Assembly (NCBI RefSeq): GCF_018977255.1
Contig: NW_024704742.1
Location: 64,482,001-64,546,000, forward strand
DNA: 64,000 bases
Reading direction: 5' to 3'
Source of the DNA: Callorhinchus milii
Lineage: Eukaryota
The notes under the pieces were generated by a model, which saw only the letters and a program-made list of their open reading frames with translations, ran no database searches and had not been told where the DNA came from. Each line of letters begins with the position of its first letter. Within the stretch, counting starts at the first letter, position 1. Of the stretch, positions 11,430 to 24,535 are shown in pieces. Position numbers and translations under genes: made by a program.

Positions 11430-13745
11430 TCGATCCGTTCAGTGATGGGGAGCCAGTAGAACCTGGCCAGAACTGATGAGATGTGGGTACGAAGTTTGTT
11501 CCAGGGTCGGTATGCGGGCAGCAGAGTTCTGAATGAGCTGGAATTGTGCATCAACTGCATATATGTGGAAGTTTACCCCCGTGTCTGAGGATGATATCGC
11601 CAAGAGTGAGCATATAGATGAGGAAAAGAAGGGGGCCAAGGATGGAGCCCTGGGGGTACCCCGAGGGTGAATGGGCAGGGGTGGGAGGAGAAACCATTTG
11701 CCGAGATGAAGTGGAGGCGGTTGGTTAAGTAGGATTCGACCATTTGTGTGCAGTCCCACTAAGGTGGATAAGGGGGGCGAGGCAGTGGAGAAGGATGGCA
11801 TGGTCGACTGTGTCGAACACAGCAGAGAGAACCAGGACGACAAGGAGGCAGAGGGAGCCCTGGTCACAGATAGAGAGGACATTGTTTGTGACTTTGATAA
11901 GTGCTGTCTCTGTGCTGTGAGCAGGGCGAAAACCAGACTGCAGAAACTCAAGGAGGGAGTGGAGGGAGGGGTGTGACTGACGTTGATCTGCAACAATGCA
12001 TTCCAGGACTTTGGCAAGGAAAGGTAGGTTGGAAATGGGATGGTAGTGCAGAGGGATCGAGGGTGGATTTTTTGAGGAGGAATGTGATAACAGCGGTTTC
12101 ATGGAGAGTGGAAAAAGCCTGAGGAGAAAGACTGGTTGACTGTGTCGGCCAGCAGGGGAGAGAGGAGGAGGAGTTGAGTGACCAGCAGCTGGGTGGGGAG
12201 GGGTTTGAGGCAGCAGGTGGTGAACTTCATGCAGGATTGTGGTTGAGAGGGAGGAGGAAGAAATGGGGGCAAAGGAATGGGTAGTGGCAGGAGCTGTGGC
12301 GGAGGGAGAAGGTGGTGTGGATGGTTTGGGTGGGGTGCAAGGTGACATGGGTGGGGTGGGAGGAGAAGGACAATGCTGCCAATCGCATGTTTGCAATCTT
12401 TGAGACAAGGAAGTCTACAATCTCTTCGCACTTGGTGTTTGATGTGAGGATAGAAGGAGCTTGAGGGGGAGCATGGAGGAGGTGATGAATGGTGGAAAGC
12501 AGTGTCTTTGGGTTGTTTTTGGCCTCCAGGATGACTTTGGAGTAAAAGTCAGTTTTGGTCTGTGAAAGCGAGAGGCGGTAGGTGCACAGGGGCTCGAGCC
12601 ACAGATGGCGGTGAATCGTAAGGTGGGATTTCTGCTACCTGCACTCAAGTATCCGGGTTTGTGCTTCAAGTGAGCAGAGATGTTGTACTGGGGGAGCGGG
12701 TGGAATTGGAAATAGCCCTGGATTTCAGGGGAGCCAGGAATTGGCTGCATCAGGATCGCTGCGGGTGGAGGGCCAGAGGGAGAGGAAGTCCGAGGAAGAG
12801 AGGGCATATGTGAGGGACTCAGGGGGAAGCTTTTTTCAGGGGCAGAAAAAAATGGTGGAGAGCTTGGAAGAGGCAAGGGGGATGCGGAAAGAGAGGGAGA
12901 TGAGGAAGTGGTACGAGATGGCCTTGTCCTTGATGGTCACGTCGAAAATGTCTGGCCATGTGTGATGACGAGTTTGAGGGGGTGGCCACGGTTGTGGGTT
13001 GGTGAGTTGATGTGGAGGGTGAGTTTAGGGAGGAGAGGAGGGCAGTGAAATCCGAGGAGGTGGTGCAAGGAGAGTTAAGGTGGAGGTTGAAATCACCCAT
13101 TATGAGCAGATGTTCATTGCAGTGGGATAGGGATGAGAGGAGAGCGGAGATATCGGTGAGGAAGGAGCCAGGAGGTTTGGGAGGGCGGTAACTAGGAGAA
13201 TTTTGAGGGAGCGAGAGGAGGGATGGTAGAGGATGAGGTGCTCAAAGGAGGAGAAACAGCCAGAGGAATAGAAGATAGACCAAGGGAAACTTGGGAAATG
13301 AGGGCCACCCCGCCGCCACTTTGATTGGGACGGGTGTGTGGTGAAAAGTGTAGCCAGGAGAGTAGGCTTCAACGAGGGGCACGGGATCACCAAAGGAAAG
13401 TCAGGTTTCTGTAAACCCTAAAATATCGATGTGCTCATCCAGGATGAGGTCATGGATAGTAAAAGCTTTATTGGAGAGGGAGCAAACATTCTGGAGGGAA
13501 ATGCAGATAGGTTTGCTGGTGGTGGGGGATGGAGGGGAGAGTGTAATAGAGAGGATTTGGGGTCGTGGGGGAGAAATGACTGTGGAATTTGAGGAGGGGG
13601 GAGAGTTGGAGAGGCTATGGATGAGGGAGTGGGAAGGGGTGTTTGCCTTTCGGAGACAGTTGGTGCAGAGAGTGAGCGATGGGACAGTTGGCCTGGCTAC
13701 TCTGGGACAACCAATGCCAGGAGCCACTATGGGCCCGGCGAAGGA
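11430..13745 (-). mobile_element. L2-clade LINE, degraded, with APE and partial RT
   Basis: LQNVCSL..GFTET, MGDFN, QSGFRPAHSTETAL and AVFDTVDH motifs; internal deletion after YAVDAQ. Confidence 0.88.
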
Positions 13746-13751
13746 TGCCCA

Positions 13752-14570
13752 GGATAAGGCAGGAGAGTGAGCCTAAATAGTCCTAATGTTAGAAAGAATC
13801 GGATAGGTATGATGGGTCAAATGGCCTAATTCTGTGCTGAAAATATTGAATTTTCCCCAGGAACCCCATTCACTCCCTGGCGCCTCCCTAGCTCTCCAAC
13901 CTCCTCACTCCCAAATCTACCAACCAGCAACTCCACTCGACTGGCACACGCCTCTTCCTCATCCCTCACACCCTCCACCCCACCATTGGAGGTCGCGCTT
14001 TCAGCCACTACGCCCCCAAACTCTGGAACAGTCTCCCTCAATACCTCCGCCTTGTACCCTCTCTCCCCTCGTTCAAGTCCCACTTGAAAACGTTCCTCTT
14101 CGACCGTGCTTACAGCCACCTTCCCCCTCCCCCCAGCTCAGAGTCAGTCTTTGCCACTGTTAAGCACTCTGAGACATTACCCTGCATGGATGGCGCTATA
14201 AAAGTGCAAATTGTTGTTGTTGTTGAATGATGCTAACTGGATGGAAATTGTCTGAACTAATTTCATATGAGTCAAGACAGAGTGTCCTATTCAGAGAGTT
14301 GACAGAGAACAGACTTTCAATCCATCTATCTGGGCTTGAGCTAAAACTCAGTTATCAGACTGTGTCACCCATTTAACAAATATTTTAGTGCATGGACCAG
14401 TTTATTTCCATGTAACACAATCTCACACACAAGGCTTCTGCTAAATAGTTCTTAGAATTTAACTCAATAGTTCTTAAGAACATAAGTATATGAGAAATGC
14501 TAGACAAAAAAAAACCATGGTCCCTCTAGTTCGCCTTCCACCTTCCTGGTGGTTCCATGCATATATGTCC
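13752..14570 (+). repeat. direct duplication, copy B, interrupted by an L2 3' fragment (13852-14222, TSD TTGAAT)
   Basis: matches 9362-9797; TTGAAT at 13846-13851 and 14223-14228 flanks the insert. Confidence 0.88.
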
Positions 14571-15690
14571 CCTTTGAACCTTATCTAACAATGTTATTTC
14601 CTAAAAAAAACTATCTAATTTGTGTTTGAAAGAATCAACAATTCCTGCTTCAACATCTCCCAAGCGAGTCTGTTCCACAGGTTCACTCTTCGCTCACTAA
14701 AAGTGTTTGTGTAGATTCATTCTGCATTTACCCCCTTCAATCACAGGCCGTGTCCTCTGATTTTTCTATTCTGGATAAGTTGAAACAGCCTGTCATGATC
14801 TATGTTGGCCAGCCCCTTTAGAAACTTAAAGACAATAATCATGTCACCTCTCAATCTTCCTCTTTTCCAGCATGAACATGGCCAATTTACTTAGTCGCTC
14901 CTCATAGTCCAGTCCCTCCATTCCCTCAATCAATTTGGTTGCCCTTCTCTGTATCGTCTCAATTTCCACAATATCCTTTTTGTACTGTGGTGACCAGAAC
15001 TGTACACAGTACTCTAAGTGTGGTCTCACTAATGATTCTTACAGTGGCAGGATTATCCCACTATTTCAGCTTGCTATTGATCTTTTGTTATATCCCAATA
15101 TCTGGTTTGCTTCACTCACTACCAGAGCATTGTTGGGAGAGCTTCAATTTATTGTCAATCAGGACCCCAGGTGTTTTCATTTTCCATACATATTATTTTC
15201 TTTCGTTCAAATAATAATAATAATAATAATAATCCTGGCATTTGATATAGCGCTTTTCACGTTGGGAGGACGTCCCAAAGCGCTTCACAGAACACACTGT
15301 AAAGTGAATTGACTGTGTATTTGTGGGCGAACGCGGCAGCCAATTGCGCACAGCAATGTCCCACAAACAGTCGTAGATTGAAAATGACCAATTTATTATT
15401 GTTTTTGGTTTTGGAGGGATTATTATTAGGTGTGTGGAGTAAGGAAACTTGCCCAAGGTTTCGCCCTCTGCCTGGAATTGAACTCAGGTCTCTCACTTGC
15501 AAAGCGAGTGCTCTAACCACTGAGCTACAGGACTCCACATAATAGTCTCTTTCAGGATTTTTTGTCCCTATGTGAAGTACTTTACATTTCTTCACATTGA
15601 ATTTCATTTGCCACCGATCTGCCCAATTCCCAAGTATGTTCAAATCCTCCTGTAACCTATCTTGTTCAGTTCTTGATGATAGTGTACAGG
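14480..15690 (-). mobile_element. CR1 LINE 3' part with nested SINE
   Basis: WADRWQMKFNVKKCKVLHIG and [13 protein letters not shown] motifs; interrupted by the SINE at 15210-15536. Confidence 0.88.
15210..15536 (-). mobile_element. tRNA-derived Deu-type SINE
   Basis: full-length reverse-strand copy of the same family. Confidence 0.9.
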
Positions 15691-15772
15691 CACACATTCA
15701 AAAGCAAAGTTGCATTTGAAATTTCTAGAGTTCCTAAAGAAAATCAAAGTCCGTTTATTTCTATATACTCAC

Positions 15773-15899
15773 AATTCTAGCCACTAATTCATTAAGTTTT
15801 AAACCATATTTTGCCACCACTGGTCGCAATACTTCGGTCACTGGTTTGGTTGGTTTGGCTTTTAAACCAACTGATCGATTGATAGGGACAAGGTCCAGT
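15773..15899 (-). CDS. RGS12: RGS12 exon, RBD2 (LDLVPINRSVGLKAKPTKPVTEVLRPVVAKYGLKLNELVARI)
   Basis: 127 nt, ttttcag acceptor, gtgagt donor; nearly identical to mammalian RGS12 as recalled. Confidence 0.97.
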
Positions 15900-17132
15900 C
15901 TGAAAACAGAAGAAAAAAGTTTAATAGTCAGCTTTGAACAGTCAACATGATATTTTCTTTCAGAGGCCCAGTTCTCAATGCAATCAGTGGGGCTGCAGAG
16001 CTAAGTGATGGGGCTGCTTGCAGTCACAATATGGGAGTGGAGTTGGTGGGTTGAGCTCATAGTGTGCAATTGGAACACACTCTCTTAGAGACCAGGTTCA
16101 AGACGTTCTCAAAAGTCTACATGATAGACATGGAGTTCCTGGAAGAAAGTCTTTACATCCTATGGACAATTCTCCAGTATGAGGTGGCATTTATGCTGCA
16201 GTTTTCTTGATGAACACATTTGCATATTACTGCGCCTGCTTCAGTTGATTTCCCTTACAATTTATTCCACAAATCTGGGTATCTGTCTCTGGGTGTCACA
16301 GATCTGGGTATCTGACTTTGGGTATCTGGAATTCCAACCTAGCCTGAATTATTTTTAAAAATCCGTGGGCCCACATGCATGTAGACATTTTGAAAAATGT
16401 CAGTAAATGCCAGTACTAGCATTGTAAGGACACTTAGCAGGAAATTCCAGTTCACCAGACTGGACCGGATCTCCCACCTCCATCCTTCCCCCCCCCATTA
16501 GTTGGCTAGCCAAGGTTCAAGTGCATTCTTCAAATGAAAGACATGAGCTTTGTCAATCCTCTCAATAATCTTGGAAACTTCAATTAAATAACCTAAAATA
16601 AGAGAGTAATAATCCTTGCATCTGATAAACCACTTTTTATGTTGGGAGGATGTCTCAAAGTGCTTCATAGAATTTTACTGTACAGTGTAGTGACTGTGTA
16701 TTTTGTAGGCGAACGTCCCAAGATGACTTATGAATTGACATTTAAATACATATATTGGAGTTTGACTAATGTTCAGAATTATAATTAACATCCATAATTT
16801 AATCTGTAATCAACATTCATGATTTAACTCACTACAGCACAGTAATATAATATGGATAACTTTATTATAAAATAAAGTATTTTACATTCCCTCGGTGGAC
16901 TTGAGAACAATTAGCAGTAGCAGTATACTCAGAGATGACAGAGGTACATTTACCCAATGTATAAATAAAGAAGATTAGGAGAGTCTGAACCAGGGTAGGC
17001 ACATTAGAAAATGTATTCAACTGTTAGTTACACTTGGAATGTTGTATTGACTTTTCATTCAACCCTTCTACATTTTATAGCTCATGATTTCAACAAATTT
17101 TAGGAATTTAAACGAAGACATTTTTAACTTAC

Positions 17133-17206
17133 CGAAACAAAGTGCGCTTTTCTAATCGAACCTCCCGTGTGTTTAACGTAATGCAGTCCTGATCAAGTAC
17201 AAGGGG
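17133..17206 (-). CDS. RGS12: RGS12 exon, RBD1/RBD2 junction (PLVLDQDCITLNTREVRLEKRTLFR)
   Basis: 74 nt, aaacag acceptor, gtaagt donor; hand translation. Confidence 0.95.
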
Positions 17207-17984
17207 CTGTTTAATAAATTGTAATGGTATAAAAGTTAGGGTATTGAAGCTACTCAATTTTCACAGTAAGCACTCATAAATCAATGACTTCAACAATTTT
17301 GTACATGATCTAAAGAGAGCAGTACTGATCCCTACCAGAATTAAAACTCTCATTGTCTTCTTACATACAAGAGTACTGAAATTATTTTTCATCGACAATA
17401 AACTGATGGGAATAATGTCTGCTAGAGATTTAATTAACAAGGTATTTAAAATGTTTTTTTGTGCAAGTTGATAATCAAAATTATAAAAGGAATCAATCAG
17501 ATGGATGTTAATCGGCTGTTTCTACTTATTGGTGTGTCCAAAACAAGGTTGATAAATATAAGATGGATCTTAGCAGATCTTAAAAGGGAATTTAGGAGGA
17601 ACTTCTTTATACAGAACGTAGTGAGAATGTGGAATTCACTGGCAGATGCTGTGATTGAAAGCATCAACATATTTAAGGGGAATTTTGATGCAAGGATAAA
17701 GGAATAGAGGGATATAGGAAAGATTAGGAGGATTGTAGGCTCATGTAAAATATAAGCAGCAGGAAAGCTTGCTGGATAGTACTTTCAATGTACTTTTTAG
17801 CTGGTTAGACGCCAGCAGTACCCCAACACATACTCAGAGGTCCCCAAACCTTGGCTTTTGTCAAACTGTGCTAATACCCTCTGGAATTAAGTAACCAGGA
17901 TGTTTCCCTTCAGGGAGAAAGTCACATCCCATTCCAATATACATCCCTAGAATTTCTATTTGTAGGTGGGATACATGGAACTCT

Positions 17985-18545
17985 GTTTGGTCGGCTTGTC
18001 GGCCTTCCCAACTCCTCCCTCCACAGGCTGCAGATAATTCAGAACTCTGCAGCCAGTGTCCTCTCCTGCATCAAACTCCGTGACCCTATCTCCCCCACTC
18101 TCGCCCGACTCCATTGGTTCCCTATCCTTTAGAGGATCCAGTTCAATATCCTGGTCCTCACCTACAAAGCCCTCCATGGCCTCGCCCCACCCTACTTCTG
18201 CGACCTCCTAACCCCCTACCAACTCGCCCGTTTCCTCCGCTCAGCCGGTTCTGGCCTGCTCCATGTCCCCCAACCCACCCGCCCCACCATTGGCGGGAGA
18301 GCCTTCAGCCACTCTGCCCCAACCTCTGGAATTCCATCCCCCAATCAGTCCGCCTCACCCCCTCCTTAGCCCCTTCAAGTCCCACCTCAAGACCCTCCTC
18401 TTCGACCATACCATCAGCCACCCCCCTTCCCTCCCATCTCCCCCACCTGACCCCAGCTCGGGTCTGAAATGCTGTACACTGCCCAGCACCTTGGGACGTC
18501 CTCCTGACATGAAAGGCGCTACACAAATGTAATCTTGTTGTTGTT
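17985..18545 (+). mobile_element. L2 LINE 3' fragment
   Basis: LQIIQNSAA..LHW..FKSHLKTLLF coding remnants, stem-loop and (TTG)n tail. Confidence 0.85.
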
Positions 18546-18939
18546 GGTTTGGATACTGTTAAGCATGGTGATGGGTTCCTACATGTGCCAGACACCTGGT
18601 TGACCAAAAAAAGTGATAGCTTATTTGGGCCAAATGGCCTGTTTCCGTGCTGTAATGTTCTGTGTAATTCTATGCATTTCTATGTGAATAGAACATTGTT
18701 GAGAAATTTGGGAAATTGGAACACCTTTTAGTAAATATAGTATAGTAAGAAATATATATAGTACTTTCCTAAAAGGCATGTGATTTAACACTTAGTCTCT
18801 TAAAAAAATCTTTTGCCAATAGACCAAAATCCAATATAAACGAATAAAAAATTAACCTCATTTTGTTTGAAATGTTTTGAATCTATTTTGTTCCACTGTT
18901 ATATAGCAGTAAAAGTAAGCAGAAAGTAACTTCAAATAC

Positions 18940-19143
18940 CTTGTCTGCTCCAACCAAAAAGAGGTCTATGGCTGCCACTTGAATGTGCAGTTGTTCAGAA
19001 AGCTCAGTCAGTAATTCTCGAATGGAAATGCCAGCTTGAATTGCTACCGTGTAAGAAGAGCCATCTGGAAGATTCACGATGCAGTGTTTTGCAGACTTTT
19101 CTTTCTCAGTCATAGGCATTAAGACTCTGGTGGCATCAGACTT
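18940..19143 (-). CDS. RGS12: RGS12 exon, Ras-binding domain 1 (KSDATRVL...KHCIVNLPDGSS...DLFLVGADK)
   Basis: 204 nt (201 nt if the second AG of a tandem AAGAAG acceptor is used), gtattt donor. Confidence 0.93.
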
Positions 19144-19574
19144 CTTAAAATAGAAGAAGAGTTTTGATCAATTCAATTTTGAATACAAAATGAACACGTC
19201 AAAATAGAACACCAGTAGATTCTTAAACCGTTATGCAAGTCCCTACTAATAAGAAAAAAAATTATCTTGGCTGTAGACTGGATTAAAATTAGAAACAAGC
19301 AATATTCATAAAATTATTTTAACCTCATCCCTCCCAAAATATAAACAGTAAATATTGTTACTGATGCAAAAGGTTCTGGAAATCTTCTCTGTACCAATGT
19401 TGAAGTACAGGATGACCAAAAAGTCATGATTATCTAAAAAGATCTTTAATTTCTTTAAGACTTATTAGACATTGTGATGGTACCTTGGGACATCCTCCCT
19501 ACGTGAAAGGCACTATACAAATATAATTTTGTTGTTATCACAACTTTTTGGTCACCAAGATGTATCACAACATA

Positions 19575-20690
19575 TCCGATACATGTGGAAGTTTACCCCG
19601 TGTCTGTGGATGATATCGCCCAGAGGGAGCATATAGATATGGAAAAGAAGGGGGCCAAGGCTAGAGCCCTGGAGTACCCCGCAGGTTACTGGGCGGGCGG
19701 GAGGAGAAACCATTTGCCGAGATGAAATGGAGGCAGTTGATTAAGAAGGACTTGAATCTTGCGAGTACGGTCCCACTAAGGTGGATAAACAATAATAATC
19801 CTTGCTTTTGATATAGTGTTTTTCACGTCTTCTAGATGTCTCAAAGCACCTCAAAGAGTATACTGTAAAGTAAATTGACTGTATATTTGTTGGCGAAACG
19901 CAACGGCCAGTTGCACACAGCAGTGTCCCACAAACAGTTGTGGATTGAGTGACCAAATTTCTTTTTTGGTATTATTATCAGGCGTGTGGAGTAAGGAAAC
20001 TTGCCCAAGGGTTCACCCTGCCAGGAATTGAACCCAGATTTCTTGCTTGCAAGGTGAGTGGTCTAACCACTGAACTACAGGACTCCATAGATGAGGGAGG
20101 AGAGGCGGTGGAGAAGGATGGTGTGGTCAACTGTGTCGAACACGGCAGAGAGATCCAGGAGGACGAGGAGGCAGAGGGAGCCCTGGTCACAGATAGAGAG
20201 GATGTCGTTTGTGACTTTGACAAGCGCTGTCCCCGTGCTGTGGGCAAAAACCAGACTGCAGGGACTCGAGGGAGGAGTGGTGTGACCAAAGTTGACCTGC
20301 AACAATATGTTCCAGGACTTTGACAAGGAAGGGTAGGTTGGAAATGAGACAGTAGTGTGGGAGATTAGAGGAATTGAGAGTGGGTTTTTTGTGGAGGGGT
20401 GTGATAACAGCAGTTTTCAGGGGGAGTGGAACAGATCCCGAGGAGACACAATGGTTTTGACTGTCGGCCAGCAGGGGAGAGAGGAGGGGGAGTTGAGTGA
20501 CTAGCAGCTGGGTGGGGAGGGGCGAGGCAGCAGGTGGTGAACTTCATGCTGGTGATTGTGGTTAAGAGGGAGGAGGGAGAAATGTGGGCAAAGGAGTGTA
20601 AGGAGGAAGGAGTGGCAGGAGCCGCGACAGAGAAGCTGGTGTGAATGCAGCCAAGCGGGTGTTTTCAATCTTTGAGGCGAAGTATACAGA
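19575..20690 (-). mobile_element. L2 RT fragment with nested SINE (19790-20086, minus)
   Basis: [15 protein letters not shown] motif; SINE head ends at 20086. Confidence 0.85.
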
Positions 20691-22745
20691 CTACAAAGTG
20701 TTAAATGTACAATACTGCCCTCTCCTTCACCATGTAAGTCATCTTGGATCCAGTTGAGGCCTAGAGTACCTGCTTATCTCCCCCACCCAAAGAGCAATAA
20801 TGAGTTTATCCAAAATATAGCCTATTCAAGCCTCTCCTTACAAATGAAGATATCCAGTGTGAAAGGCTGCAGGATGGGTTGACGTCGCCTATTGTTTAGG
20901 ACTAAAAAGTTGCAGGAACAAATCCAAAATATCCCTGAGAATACAGCCCACCAGTCGCCTCTGAACCTCCTAATGGAGGATGTAACAAGGTTACAAAATC
21001 TTTGGATTGACCTGAAGAAACTTTCCTCTTAAATTCTGAAGACTGGAAGGCCCAACTTTCCCTCTCGCCCTCTGCCATAAGAGCTATGTGAAGCACTATT
21101 CCACTCCCTCATATAATAGCATTGGTATTAGTCATTGGTATTAGTCAATGTTGGTTAGTTTCTTCATCCTTTGTCCAAGAATTAATCCCTTGTTCCAGAA
21201 TTGCTTTGAAATGAAATGGTAGTTTGCAATATGTACACACCTCCAATGCGTATGGGACAGGCCAGAACAAATCCTACCTAGAAATGAAGCACCAGAGACA
21301 GAAGTCTTCCAGAATTCAATAAAACCTCTCAAATTTGAAGAATGAGCACTGGGTGTACTGCCATCGACAAATCACCAGAATGTTAAAACAAGCATTTGAC
21401 TGTTACACTCTGGTTGCAATGGCATAATAAAGTAGGTGCTATACAACATAAATTTACATCTCGAGACAGATCTTGGGCCATGAAGCAGGCCAGGGCCTAC
21501 TGAGCGAAGGGAGTGGCCAGATCGATATAGTTAGAGGTGGCGGACAAGATTACCAGGTAGGCCAGATAAATGAAAATAAGAACTACCCAATAATTAAAGT
21601 TACTACAAAGCTATCGAAGAATTGTGTAAAAAGTAACATTTGTCAAGAAAAAACAGAATCATAGAAATTTACAACACAGAAAGAGGCTATTCAACCTATT
21701 GAGTCCGCACCAGCACTCAGAGCTAGCTGTACTTTCAATCCCACTACAATACCCTAGCCCCACACTCGTTCAAGCATCTAACTTTCATATACCTACTTCC
21801 CTTTCGAAACCCACAACCATAACCACTTTACTTGGCAAGCCAATGTATATCCCCCAAACTCTGTGTGAATAAATGTTTGGGACTGGACTAAACACGCCAA
21901 CCATGAGCACAAATTTACACTGAAACAATCTCCTACGATTCTTCATCCTGAACGAATGGAACACGAATGGTAAAATATCTGCATGGCTTCTCCGAGTAAA
22001 ACAATAACCGCAGGTAGAGTCACGATGAATCTGTTGCGTTGCTAGAAGAGTCGTATAACTAAAAGTGTAAAAAGTTAAATAAAAACAAGAAGTTCTTGTC
22101 CAAATAATCTCTAAATTCAGAATTAAAGTCAGAAAGTTCTCTACATTTGAGTAAAATTAAAATCAGAAAGCTCAAAGTTTGTCACATGTCAGCACTTTGG
22201 AAACAATTTAAGTGAAGTCTCACTCGCTTAATTAGTAAATTGCCACAATAAACCAACATAATTTAAATGAATCTTTCATGATCCTCTCTATTAGAGTATC
22301 CAGAACAACATCACCAAAAGAAACGCAAGATACATTTTTTTAAGAGGAAGCTGAAATTATTTTATTTTACTTTGCTTTATTTACAGGCTGGTTGGTTGTT
22401 CATATCTTGAGACAAAAAAGGAAACTCAACTTTTAAGTATGGTTTTTCATACATTTCCAGGACAGACTTCATTTGGTTGAATCCTGAATAAAAGGTGATA
22501 AGATTCAATAGTTTAGCATAAAACAAAATGTTTCCTCACTCCTTTCAATATTTGTTAGGGATCATTTCTTGCGTAACAACTCAAATTGAAACAAAGAAAG
22601 ATTCCCTGCTCTTTTCCAGGAATGACAGCCAACAATTAATGCTTCACGAAAGCAGAAGAACTTGAACAGCAATATGCAATTTTCTGGGTAGTTTTACACT
22701 AGAGATATTAGGCTGTTCCCATATTTCTGCTTATTTTGCACTAAC

Positions 22746-22861
22746 CTCTTGTTTGTTATTTGCGTGATAGCCAGGAGAAGTCGATTCCGTACAAGTGGAA
22801 GATGACATGGAACCCAGTGATTCGCGGCGGTAGTGAGACAATCCATTACTATCAGACAACT
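22746..22861 (-). CDS. RGS12: RGS12 exon (ELSDSNGLSHYRRESLGSMSSSTCTESTSPGYHANNKQE)
   Basis: 116 nt, ttgctag acceptor, gttagt donor, phase 1 to 0 fits neighbours; RRESxGSxSS motif. Confidence 0.85.
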
Positions 22862-23277
22862 CTAGCAATTGAGAAAAACATATTGCATCACAATAAAAGA
22901 TTTTCTTGAAATCTTTGATCAAGTTTTGAAACACACAGGCAGAAAATATAGGAGTGGAACATATAGCCTTTTTTTAAATATTCATGCTGTTAATTACTCA
23001 TGATGGCTGTTTATGGAACATTGCTGTGAGCAACTTGGCTGCCACATTTTTCTACAAATACATTGTCACTATACTTTACAGCAAATCCTGTGAAGCGCTT
23101 TGAGATGGCCTCCCGATGTGAAAAGGCGCTATATCAAATGTAAGGATTATTATTATTTAATTAAGAAACCATTGCTAACTACCTTTAGGTGAACACCCCT
23201 TTCCAGGTGGAGCACTAGCTTCCAGTTTGTTAAAGTTCTGGAACACATTGCAGCAATTCAACTAAGATCAAACTATT

Positions 23278-24535
23278 CCCTCCACTCCCTACTCGAGCTT
23301 CTCCAGTCCGGTTTCCGCCCTGCCCACAGCACAGACAATGCTCTTCAAAATCACAACTTATGTCGTCCCTCTACCTCCTTGTCCTTCTGGATCTCTCTGC
23401 TGCATTTGACACAGTCGATCACGCCATCCTCATCCACTGCTGCTCGTCCACCTGAATGAGTCCGCACTCACCTAGTTTGAATCCTACTTAGCCAACTGCC
23501 ACCATTTTGATTGTGCATATCTTTTTTTCCTGCGGTGTATCGCAAGACTCCCTCCTTGACCCCCTTCTATTTTCTTATTTGCATGCTACCTCTCGGCGAT
23601 GTCATCTGCAGACATGGGGTCAACTTGCACATGTATGCACCCAAATCTACTTCTCCTGTTCCAACTGCGACTCCAGGTCCACTGATGTTCTGTCAGCTTA
23701 TTTGTCAGACATCAAGGCCTGATGAATGCAACTTGTGAATATCGGAAAAGACGGAATCCTTGGCTCTCATCAAAATCTTCTCTCCTGCGGCTCTGACCTC
23801 CTCAACTTCCCCGGCCTATCCGAAATACTTCCTGAACCAGTGTGTAACCTGAGTGTTAGCTTCAATCCCCAGCTGTACTTCCTACCCCACATCCAGTCCC
23901 TGATCAGTTCAGACTTCCTCCACCTCCATTACATTGCCCGTCTACAATGATACCTTACACCCAGCATAGCCGAAACCCTCATCCAAGCTTTTGCCACCTC
24001 TCGCTTCGACAATTTCAATGCCCTCTTCGCTGGTCTCCCCAGCTCCACTATCCACAAAATCCAACTAATTCATAACTCCGCTGCCGAACCCAGTCTCACC
24101 CACTCTAACTCCATACCTCCATCACGCCAGTCCTTGCCAGGCTCCACTGGCTCCCTATTACAAAATGATCGACTTCAAGATCAAACTTGTCTAAAAATCC
24201 CTTCATGCCCCGTCATCTCCCTAACTCTCTGATCTGCTTACTCCCCACTCCACCAGCTACCACCTCCGGTCTACTGGCTCCGGCCTCCTGCTCATTCCTC
24301 ATCCCCTCTACTCTATCATCAGTAGTTGTGCTTTCAGCTATTATGATCTGAAACTTTGGAACTCTTTCCCTCAATCCCTTGCTCTCTCCTTCCCCATTTT
24401 CAGATCACGCCTGAAGACCTTCCTCTTCGACCGTGCATATACTCACCTCCCCCTAACGGCATCAGGCTCCACCTCTATTAAGCGCTGAGACGCTGCCCCA
24501 GGTGAAGGGTGCTACATAAATACAAATTATTGTTG
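23278..24535 (+). mobile_element. L2 LINE, RT to 3' end, degraded
   Basis: QSGFRPAHST and [13 protein letters not shown] remnants, 3' tail. Confidence 0.85.
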
